Below are positions 56,447 through 64,000 of a DNA stretch of 64,000 nt, one piece after another. The translations under genes and the position numbers were made by a program. Position 1 is the stretch's first letter. Each line of letters begins with the position of its first letter. The stretch comes from Tepidisphaera sp. (GTDB lineage: Bacteria; Planctomycetota; Phycisphaerae; Phycisphaerales; UBA1924), in the NCBI GenBank assembly GCA_050916045.1, contig CP051526.1, positions 2,272,001 to 2,336,000 on the forward strand, given 5' to 3'. The notes below the pieces were generated by a model that saw only the letters and a program-made list of their open reading frames with translations, was not told the DNA's origin and searched no databases.

Positions 56447-57655
56447 TCAGCACCCGATCTCAAACGCCTCCACAAACTCCGCATAGTCGAAGAAGTCGAT
56501 GAATCCGTCGAAGTTGAAGTCCGCGCGTTCGGTGCCCGCCTCAAAAGCCTCGACGAACTCGCCGTAATCGAAGAAATCAAGGAAGCCGTCGCCGTTGAAA
56601 TCCGCATCGCACAACGAACTCACCTCAACCACGAAACCGATCCGTGAGTAACGGTCGGTGCGGTCGTTGGCCGTTCCCCCGATCACACGGCCGTCCGCCG
56701 ACAGGGCCGAGCACAGAAGAAGGTCGTACGAACTCGGAAACGCGATCCCCTTGGCCGCGAGATAATCGCTCAAACGCTCGAGCCCGCGCTCCGCGGTCCA
56801 GATCGTCGCGATGAACTGCTGGGCAGGGATCCCGACCTCCGAATACCCCACCACCACCGTTCCCGCGTCGTTCACGTCAGTCGCGCGGAAGATCGACGTC
56901 CCCGGCAGCTTGCCGAGATTCACCACGCCAGACGACGTCCACATCGCCCCCGATCGATCCGCAAGCCAACCGACCAGGATCGAAGCGTCCCGGCTCATGC
57001 CGAGGCACTCGTTCGAGCCTCCGTTGGTCTGATCCACATAGTCGAAACCGCCCGCGACCGTCCATCGGAACGCGCCGTACTGCCAATGCTCCGCGACCAG
57101 CGTCGAGCCATCCGCGCTCACGCCCGCCACGTTGCACCACGCTTCCTGACCGGCCTGCTCCGGCAGAAGCATCCCGGTCGCTTGCGACCAGTAGAACGCC
57201 ATCGCCACGTTCGCTCGGTCGTAGCTGAGCGCCCCCACAATCACGCTTCCATCGTGGTTGGTCCCCAGACCCAGCCCATAGTCACCGCGAGCAATCGGAA
57301 TCGTCACGAAGGAGTTGGCGCTCGTCCAGTAGAAAGGCACCTGGTCGGTGTATGGGAATGTCTGGGTGTACCCCACGATCACCCTGCCATCGCCGGAAAT
57401 GCCGCTCGCGACGGACCCGACGCCCGCGGCCGAGCCGATGTCCTCGCGGCCCCCGCCGCGCGTCCACCGGTAGGCCGAATAGGCCAGGTCCTCATGCACC
57501 GTTCCCACCACGACCCGTCCATCCGCGGAGATACCCGCGATGTTCGTCATGCGCGTCACAGGCTCACCGGCCGATCGCACCGTGTGAAACTGCCCCAAAG
57601 CGGCCGAAGCAAGAAACGGCGAGAAGGAGATCAGACCGAGCGCATGTGATCGCAT
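56447..57655 (-). CDS. Secreted HAF-repeat-like beta-propeller with GC-type dockerin
   Basis: Repeated GISADGRVVVG...AYRWT units; CDADFNGDGFLDFFDY...FEIGC. Confidence 0.88.
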   Translation of the reverse strand: MRSHALGLISFSPFLASAALGQFHTVRSAGEPVTRMTNIAGISADGRVVVGTVHEDLAYSAYRWTRGGGREDIGSAAGVGSVASGISGDGRVIVGYTQTFPYTDQVPFYWTSANSFVTIPIARGDYGLGLGTNHDGSVIVGALSYDRANVAMAFYWSQATGMLLPEQAGQEAWCNVAGVSADGSTLVAEHWQYGAFRWTVAGGFDYVDQTNGGSNECLGMSRDASILVGWLADRSGAMWTSSGVVNLGKLPGTSIFRATDVNDAGTVVVGYSEVGIPAQQFIATIWTAERGLERLSDYLAAKGIAFPSSYDLLLCSALSADGRVIGGTANDRTDRYSRIGFVVEVSSLCDADFNGDGFLDFFDYGEFVEAFEAGTERADFNFDGFIDFFDYAEFVEAFEIGC

Positions 57656-57740
57656 GGAGGTTCCCTTTCCCAGAGTCCTCGTCAGCGTACCACACGCACG
57701 TTAGAAGTTCAACCCCCCCGTCTCGGCACCTTGCGGCTTC

Positions 57741-58643
57741 TTAACATCCGTTCTCAAATCCGAAAACAAAGTCGGTGTAATCAAAGAAATCCATGAACCC
57801 GTCCCCATTGAAATCCGCGTCAGGATCGCCGGACTCGAACCCTTCGACGAAATCGAGATAGTCGAAGAAGTCGACAAAAGCATCACCGTTGTAATCCGGC
57901 GGGCAGTCGCCCGTACGGAGCTGGATCGACGTCGAATACCACGCCAGCGACGTCCCCGGCGCATCCGCGAACCCCGCGTTGTCCGTCCGCTGCTGGCCAA
58001 GGAAATAAAGCGTCGCCGTGAACCGGCGATTCAGCCGCATCGTGCCCGCCGGCACCGTGTGGCTCGTGTCCCCCGCCCCCGGGAACCCGAGATACACCCG
58101 CGCCGTCGAGGGGAACGAATCGATCACCAAGTAGGTGATGTTTTCGTTGCCGCTGGACGTGAAGGAGTTGATCCTGAACGTGTAGTCGTTCGAGCTGTCG
58201 ATCGCTTCATACTCCGCAACCTGCGAAGGGTCGAACATCGGCACGGTGTCGGGAAAGTGAATCGGATCGGGCAACTCGACATCGCCGTCCTGATACCCGA
58301 GAGATCCACCGTCGACCAGCAGCGAGTACGTCCCGAGCGGAAACTCCGTGAACATTTCCGCCGGGTCGGTAAAGAGCGAGCCGCCCTGAAAGATCCCCGG
58401 GACCACCTCGATGCCCTCGTACGCGTTTCCGAGCGCCGACACCACGCTCGCGGTCGTCGCGTCGCCCGGCTGAGAGTTCACACCCCAGAAGAACGAACAC
58501 GCGTAAAGCTCGACCTGCGAGCCCGTCTGCCTGTGATTGAACTGATACCCCGCCGCGTACGACTCGACGTCAGCGTTCGTGGAAGCGGCAAACCCGGCCG
58601 TGAGCGCGAGAAGCCCCGCGCAAGGAAGAAGACGAATCGACAT
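57741..58643 (-). CDS. Secreted protein with GC-type dockerin
   Basis: Signal peptide; CPPDYNGDAFVDFFDY...ADFNGDGFMDFFDY...FENGC. Confidence 0.85.
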   Translation of the reverse strand: MSIRLLPCAGLLALTAGFAASTNADVESYAAGYQFNHRQTGSQVELYACSFFWGVNSQPGDATTASVVSALGNAYEGIEVVPGIFQGGSLFTDPAEMFTEFPLGTYSLLVDGGSLGYQDGDVELPDPIHFPDTVPMFDPSQVAEYEAIDSSNDYTFRINSFTSSGNENITYLVIDSFPSTARVYLGFPGAGDTSHTVPAGTMRLNRRFTATLYFLGQQRTDNAGFADAPGTSLAWYSTSIQLRTGDCPPDYNGDAFVDFFDYLDFVEGFESGDPDADFNGDGFMDFFDYTDFVFGFENGC

Positions 58644-58742
58644 GCGAAAATCCCTCCGATCGCGGACACCGCGATCCCCAAAGGTAGCAGCGACACCCGC
58701 TCTATCTGCGCGTCCCGCCGGATTGTCGTAGACTTTCCGCTT

Positions 58743-59003
58743 ATGAAAGCTCTTTCGCGTCGCTGCCTCGCCATTTTCACGCTCTCCGCCGGACTCGCCG
58801 CCGCAGGGTGCTCCAAGATCCGCCTGATCGAGCAGTTTGACATGGGCCCCGTGACTCGCAACGGCCTGACCATGCCCGGCAAGTCCGAGGGCTACTTCTG
58901 GGTTGACCAGACCGACCAGCCCACCGAAGGCAAGCAGTGGCGGAACGTCGATCCCGACACGCTAACGCCTGAGCAGAAGGACAAACTCCCACCCAAGCCC
59001 TGA
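58743..59003 (+). CDS. Small lipoprotein
   Basis: MKALSRRCLAIFTLSAGLAAAG|C; TAGACT 8 nt upstream. Confidence 0.65.
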   Translation: MKALSRRCLAIFTLSAGLAAAGCSKIRLIEQFDMGPVTRNGLTMPGKSEGYFWVDQTDQPTEGKQWRNVDPDTLTPEQKDKLPPKP

Positions 59004-59068
59004 AAGGGCACTGAGGGGTTCAGAAATGAGACGATCGCGCGAGCGGTCGCCAAATGGTCGAGATTTCT

Positions 59069-60244
59069 TCAGGCTTTGAACGCCGACGCGACCTTCCGCA
59101 GCGCTTCTTCCACAACGCGGAAGTGCTCATCCGTCAGGTCGTGGTGCATCGGCAGCGCGAAGACCTGCGTCGACAAGCGATCCGCCACCGGGCAATCCTT
59201 CTTGTCCCACGCCGACAGCGCCGGCTGCTTGGGCAAGCTGCGGGGATAGTGCACGGCCGTCGGCACGCCCTCGGCGCCGAGAGCTTTGCAGAACTCATCG
59301 CGGCCGACGCGGAACTTGGCGGTGTCGAGCTTGGCGACGTACAGGTGGAACGCGGACTCGGCACCCGGCGTGGTCTTGGGAGCGATGAGGCCCGGAATGC
59401 TGTTGAGAATCGCGTCGAACCGCGCCGCGTTCTTCTGACGCTGCTTGGTCTGCGCGTCCAGGCGATCAAGCTTGGAGCAGCCGATGGCCCCGGTGATGTC
59501 GTTCATCCGGTAGTTGTACCCGACGTATTCGTGGAGGTACTTGTCGGTCTCGCCGTGGCTCCGCAGAAGCTTGATCGTGCGAGCGAGCGCATCATCGTTG
59601 CAGCTGATCGCGCCGCCCTCGCCGGTGCCGAGGTTCTTGGTGGCGTAGAACGAGTAGGTCACCGCGTCGCCGAACGCGCCGATGCCCTTGCCCTTCCACG
59701 TCGCCAGGTGGCTCTGGGCCGCATCGTAAACAACCTTCAGGTTGTGCTTGGCGGCAAGTGCCTGAACCGCGTCGATGTCGACGGGGCAGCCGTAGAGGTG
59801 GGTCGCCGCGATGCCGCGGGTCTTGCTCGTCACCTTCCGGGCCGCGTCGGCCATGTCGATCTGGAACGTCTCGGGAATCGCGTCCACGAACACCGGGACG
59901 CAACCGCGAGCGACGATCATGCTCACCGTCGCGATGTACGACCAGGCCGGCACGAGAACCTCGTCCCCCCGGTTGAAGAGCGGCTCATACGCGAGCTGAA
60001 GCGCGCACGTGCCGTTCGCGCACGTCATCATGTGCTTGGCCCCGGACATCGCGCCAAACCGCTGCTCGAGCTCTTCGCACTTCTTGGCGGCCCGGAGCAT
60101 CCCGGACTTGAGGACCGCGAGGGCTTGCTCGATATCCGCCGGAGCCAGACCCGTCGACATGAACGGAACATTCGTCTTGCTCACGGGGGTGCCCCCGTGA
60201 ATCGCGAGCGTGGAGACCGAGGGGGCCGAAGAGATCGTCGTCAC
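59069..60244 (-). CDS. DegT/DnrJ/EryC1/StrS PLP aminotransferase
   Basis: ANGTCAL, YDAAQS, SFYATKNLGTGEGG, GYNYRM; AAGGAGG RBS before GTG 60244. Confidence 0.93.
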   Translation of the reverse strand: MTTISSAPSVSTLAIHGGTPVSKTNVPFMSTGLAPADIEQALAVLKSGMLRAAKKCEELEQRFGAMSGAKHMMTCANGTCALQLAYEPLFNRGDEVLVPAWSYIATVSMIVARGCVPVFVDAIPETFQIDMADAARKVTSKTRGIAATHLYGCPVDIDAVQALAAKHNLKVVYDAAQSHLATWKGKGIGAFGDAVTYSFYATKNLGTGEGGAISCNDDALARTIKLLRSHGETDKYLHEYVGYNYRMNDITGAIGCSKLDRLDAQTKQRQKNAARFDAILNSIPGLIAPKTTPGAESAFHLYVAKLDTAKFRVGRDEFCKALGAEGVPTAVHYPRSLPKQPALSAWDKKDCPVADRLSTQVFALPMHHDLTDEHFRVVEEALRKVASAFKA

Positions 60245-60424
60245 GCGGAAATCCTCCTTGGGAGTGAGACGGAGGATAGCGCGCATCGCCCCTTCCCGCC
60301 GCCCAAACCCCCCGAATCAGGCCATCCCAAAGACGCATTCGCCAAGGATCTCGGACCCAGTTTCCCCAGCTTCACAGATTCTCCTTGCAACCCGGAAAGC
60401 TCTCGGATACACCATGAAGAGTTC

Positions 60425-60578
60425 CGCCCGCGGGGAGGTTCGGTCGTGCGCTGCTCGCGCCCGGCCGAGATTGGCTCTGACTTCAGCGCGCTTCGGCCAT
60501 TCGCGTCAAGCGTTCAGGCATGCAGTGGTGTCGGGGCTGATGCTCTACCGGGTGTCGGCCCCGCTTGCCCCACGGGCG
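60425..60578 (+). ncRNA. Candidate structured ncRNA (family unassigned, possibly 6S-like)
   Basis: Ends pair (GCCCGCGGGG/CCCCACGGGC), with internal stems; preceded by TTGCAA-17 nt-TACACC. Confidence 0.3.
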
Positions 60579-60612
60579 CATCCCCGCCTTTGCGGCCCCG
60601 TATCCTCGGGCG

Positions 60613-61596
60613 ATGCCGCATCCGTCACCTCACGCCCCCCACTCTCCCCACCGGCTCACGCTGGCCCACTCTCCTGACCCCGACGATGTGTTCATGTGGT
60701 GGCCGCTCACCGGCGTGATCGTCCCCGACGGCGGAGGCTTCCGTCGCGTCAAGCCCCCCTGCCTGCCGCAACTCGCCGATTCGCCCTTCGCGTTCGACCC
60801 GCTGCCCGCGGACATCGAGGTTCTCAATCGCCGCGCGCTGGACCTCTCGCAGCCGCAGCTTGACATCACGGCCCTCTCTGTTCGAACCTGGGCGGACGTG
60901 CGCGACCGCTACGACCTGACGCGATGCGGCGCGAGCTTTGGCGACGGCTTTGGCCCCAAGCTCGTCGTGCCCGCGGGTTCCTCGGTCTCCGATCTCGCAT
61001 CCCTCAAGCCCGGCCTCACCATCGCGATCCCCGGCAAAAGGACCACCGCGTTCCTCATGCTCGGCATGGCGATGGGCGACAAGCTCGCCCACACCAGCTT
61101 CGTCGAGATGCCTTTCGACCAGATCATCCCCGCCGTCGCCCGAGGACAAGCTGACGCGGGCCTGGTCATCCACGAAGGCCAGCTCACCTTCGCCGATGCG
61201 GGCCTGCGACTCGTCGTTGACGTCGGCGCCTGGTGGAAAGCCAAGACCTCGCTCAAGCTTCCACTTGGCATCAACGCCATCCGAAACGACCTCGACGCCC
61301 GGTTCGGCCAGGGCTCGCTCGCGCACGTCGCCGAGCTTCTCGCCGCTTCCGTCAAGTACGCGATGGACCGCCGGGCGGAATCGACCGAGCTCACCATGCC
61401 CTGGGCGAAAGCCAACGCCGAACGGGCGAACATGGAAACCCCCACGCTCGCTCGCGTCGACACCTATTGCCGCATGTACGTCAGCGAGGAAACCCTCGAC
61501 ATGGACGAAGCCGGCCGCTCCGCGATCGCCAGACTGCTGGACGAAGGGCACCGCGCGGGGCTTTGTCCGAAAGTCGCCGAGGTCCGGACGCTCTGA
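60613..61596 (+). CDS. mqnD: 1,4-dihydroxy-6-naphthoate synthase (futalosine menaquinone pathway)
   Basis: LAHSPDPDDVFM, DIEVLN, GASFGDGFGP, PGKRTTA, GLVIHEGQLT, LPLG. Confidence 0.88.
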   Translation: MPHPSPHAPHSPHRLTLAHSPDPDDVFMWWPLTGVIVPDGGGFRRVKPPCLPQLADSPFAFDPLPADIEVLNRRALDLSQPQLDITALSVRTWADVRDRYDLTRCGASFGDGFGPKLVVPAGSSVSDLASLKPGLTIAIPGKRTTAFLMLGMAMGDKLAHTSFVEMPFDQIIPAVARGQADAGLVIHEGQLTFADAGLRLVVDVGAWWKAKTSLKLPLGINAIRNDLDARFGQGSLAHVAELLAASVKYAMDRRAESTELTMPWAKANAERANMETPTLARVDTYCRMYVSEETLDMDEAGRSAIARLLDEGHRAGLCPKVAEVRTL

Positions 61597-61614
61597 CGCC
61601 GCCTCAACCTGAGC

Positions 61615-62868
61615 TCAAGGCCCCACAAACGCGTCGTCGGGATTGGTCGGAAGCTCATCGCCGTGGATCTCGATGCCCGTCGGCTGTTCCTTGAGCGTCA
61701 GCACCCGCATCGGAAGCCAGATGTTGTCGCCGCTGGGGAGCACCGGCGTGCGGAACCATCGAGCGGCACCGTCAGAGAACAGAACGTGCTGGCCGGAGCC
61801 GTCATGGCTCGCGGAATTCTCATCCGGACGGATCGCCTGGTGGACCACCGCCCTGCGAACGACCGGGGAGCGATCGGCGAGAACGACGCGCAGCGTCGCT
61901 CCGTCCCAAACCGGGCGGTGCTCACCGAACATGATCTGGTAGCTGTACGAAACCTCCTTGAGGGAGGACCAGTCCACCGCACCCGGCTCGCACGACGCCG
62001 ACCGGCACGCATCCGCGTTGCCCGGGCACGCCAGCGACTTCAGCGGCGTGTAGTTCGTGCGGGCGAGCGTAAACAGGTTCGCGGAGTTGGAGACCGGCTT
62101 GTCGCGCTGAACGTCCCACCACGGACGTCCGCCCATCGAAGCCGCGGCCATCGGCAGCTTCCCGTCAAAGTCGTTGGTGTACTGCCCCATCGCGCTCGCG
62201 ATCCCACCCAAGCCGGCCAAGCACGAGGCGCGGCGTGCGTAGTGCGACGTCGCACCGGCAAGGGTCCAGATCACGCTCGTCGCCACCATCAGAACCGCCG
62301 CGGCCGAGAGGACATCGCGCCAGCGGGCCAGCCCCGGCATGACCAGCGAGGGCCGTTCGGGGCGGATCTTCATCCGGCTGTCACGCTCCGCGTCGATCGA
62401 CCCGACCTTCGCCATCACCGCGTCAACGAGCACCGACGACGCCGCGCGGGACCCGCCGACGTTCCGTAGAAGATCGCCGACCTCGCCAAACTTCCTGGCC
62501 CGTTCGCCCAGTGGGCCCGACACGCCCGCAGCGTCGAACTCGCCCGCCACCATCGCGTCCATGGCTTCGACGTCCGCGTCGGTGAGCTGGAGGGGTTGCG
62601 CCGATCCGGGGCCGGACTCGCGCCGTGTGCGCACGACGCGGGCCATCGTGACATCGACGAGCAGGCTCTTGTCCGAAGAGGCCGCGGGAGCTGATTCAAG
62701 GGATCCAAGGAGCTTGAGAATCCGCTGCGACCGGGCTCGCGCGTGGTCCGGAACCGCCGAGGGGTCAAAGCCGGCGGCGAGCAGTGCTTCCAGAGCGGCC
62801 GCGTCCTCGGCGGAAAGATCCGCAGATCCGGCCTGGAACGGTTGGTTTGGATCGGCGTCAAACATCAT
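61615..62868 (-). CDS. Putative anti-sigma factor with extracytoplasmic pilin-like (DUF1559/H-X9-DG) domain
   Basis: Cytoplasmic repeated helices, TM, RRASCLAGLGGIASAMGQYTNDFDGKLP, LACP, SYSY, SHDGSGQHVLFSDG; start uncertain. Confidence 0.72.
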   Translation of the reverse strand: MMFDADPNQPFQAGSADLSAEDAAALEALLAAGFDPSAVPDHARARSQRILKLLGSLESAPAASSDKSLLVDVTMARVVRTRRESGPGSAQPLQLTDADVEAMDAMVAGEFDAAGVSGPLGERARKFGEVGDLLRNVGGSRAASSVLVDAVMAKVGSIDAERDSRMKIRPERPSLVMPGLARWRDVLSAAAVLMVATSVIWTLAGATSHYARRASCLAGLGGIASAMGQYTNDFDGKLPMAAASMGGRPWWDVQRDKPVSNSANLFTLARTNYTPLKSLACPGNADACRSASCEPGAVDWSSLKEVSYSYQIMFGEHRPVWDGATLRVVLADRSPVVRRAVVHQAIRPDENSASHDGSGQHVLFSDGAARWFRTPVLPSGDNIWLPMRVLTLKEQPTGIEIHGDELPTNPDDAFVGP

Positions 62869-62915
62869 GCCATCCCGTCCTTCACGCTTCGAAAAACCTC
62901 GGGTACCGACCGACC

Positions 62916-63530
62916 TCAGGACTGCTTGGGAGCTTTCGGCTCCGTCAGCTCCTTCCAACGCGCTGCAAACCCCGCCACCGCCGAGTGAAGCCTGGATTTC
63001 ACCGTTCCCAGCGGAATCCGAAGATCTTCCGCCACCTGGGCGTAACTCAGCCGCTGGAAGTACGCCAGCAGCAGAATCTCCCGAAGCGGCGGTGAGAGCG
63101 AGTCCAGCGCTCTCTGCACCGTCCGATCACGTTCTTCGGCCGTCATCCGTTCCGACGGCCCGTCGATGTCAATCTCCATGAGGTCCACATAGGAGGAGTT
63201 CCGGCCACCCCCGCCGCTGCCGCCAGCGACCGGTGCGTGGATGTCGACCTCATGACGACGATTCTTCTTACGGAGCCAGTCGCGGCCTTTGTTCGCCGCG
63301 ATCGTAAAAACCCATGGCCGAAATCGCCGGGTCCGATCAAAAGTGCCCGCCGATTGATGCACCTGGATGAATGCGTCCTGAAACACGTCCTCCGCCCCCT
63401 GCCGATCGCCCAAAAGGCGGGTCAGGAACCGCAGCAGGTCGTCGTGGTACCGCTCCACGAGCGTTCGGAAAGCGTTCAGATCGCCTCCGAGGTACTGGTC
63501 AAACAGGGCTTCGTCGCTCAGTTCGCTCAC
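62916..63530 (-). CDS. ECF RNA polymerase sigma factor
   Basis: SDEAL, AEDVFQDAF, FRPWVFTIAAN, LSYAQVAEDLRIPLGTVKSRLH. Confidence 0.93.
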   Translation of the reverse strand: MSELSDEALFDQYLGGDLNAFRTLVERYHDDLLRFLTRLLGDRQGAEDVFQDAFIQVHQSAGTFDRTRRFRPWVFTIAANKGRDWLRKKNRRHEVDIHAPVAGGSGGGGRNSSYVDLMEIDIDGPSERMTAEERDRTVQRALDSLSPPLREILLLAYFQRLSYAQVAEDLRIPLGTVKSRLHSAVAGFAARWKELTEPKAPKQS

Positions 63531-63889
63531 GCTCTTGGATTCCTCGTGACTTCTTCGCGGCCCAGAACCAGACCGACGGCCCGCGAGAACGATACCCCGG
63601 GCCGGCCGCCGAACCGGGCGGCCCCGTCCGCCCGGAGCGCGGGGGCGTGAACCGCTTCGTACGCCTCAAAGGCCGCGCGGGTCGGGAATGTGTACCGGGA
63701 TTCCACCCGAATCGGCGCACCACCCGCGGCCAAAGCCGCCGGATCAGGTCCGATCACCTCCGCCGAGCTCGCCCCACCCCGGAGAACCGCTTGGATATGG
63801 CCCGCCAGCAGCCACGCCGTGTACTCCGCGAGCGTGCGCTCGTCGGGGAGGGTGGCGACCACCGTGTACGCCAGCGGGAGGCTCGGCAT
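63527..63889 (-). CDS. DUF4286 family protein
   Basis: YTVVAT...YTAWLLAGHIQAVL...YEAVHAPALRADGAARFG; overlaps the sigma start. Confidence 0.75.
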   Translation of the reverse strand: MPSLPLAYTVVATLPDERTLAEYTAWLLAGHIQAVLRGGASSAEVIGPDPAALAAGGAPIRVESRYTFPTRAAFEAYEAVHAPALRADGAARFGGRPGVSFSRAVGLVLGREEVTRNPRA

Positions 63890-64000
63890 CCCGGAAGGAT
63901 ACCTTGTTCGGACGCCGGGTGGGTTCGGCGAGAAGGTTGGCGGTGAAATGCCGATGCTTGTGGTGCGTTAGACAGGTGGAACGATCGCGGAGCAGTCATT

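Overview
GC-rich bacterial chromosome window, very probably Phycisphaerales (Planctomycetota). The taxonomy is inferred from three GC-type dockerin-tailed proteins, an FTYQG-type secreted protein, a CxxCGY..CPECG membrane protein and planctomycete-style REPs. In order, the window holds: a partial SBP-PAS sensor gene missed by the ORF track; icd; a lower-GC island with a DUF262 gene, a HEPN gene and an unusual tRNA-like gene with a UAU anticodon; hypotheticals and REP clusters; pfpI; an RRM protein; DUF1579 and YrhB-like genes. Next comes a type II secretion-like cluster (gspF, gspG-H-I-J-K, PilM/N-like, PilO-like, lipoprotein). It is interrupted by a sigma54-driven FN3-like gene, an MTase-endonuclease fusion and 21-bp repeat arrays, and it ends in a 3977-aa secretin with about 41 tandem N-domains by manual count. 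After that come pstSCAB, an M61 peptidase, a CYTH protein, a collagen/tail-fibre-like protein, DUF481, mscL, prfB with an atypical CTT-TAA frameshift site and no internal SD, two ECF sigma modules, an SDR, a DegT aminotransferase, a candidate structured ncRNA and mqnD. Window-wide, 13 genes have TANNNT boxes 5-8 nt before the start codon (predicted leaderless), and there is a strong C-rich to G-rich skew switch at about 7.4-9 kb. All calls come from reading the sequence by eye; no searches were run.
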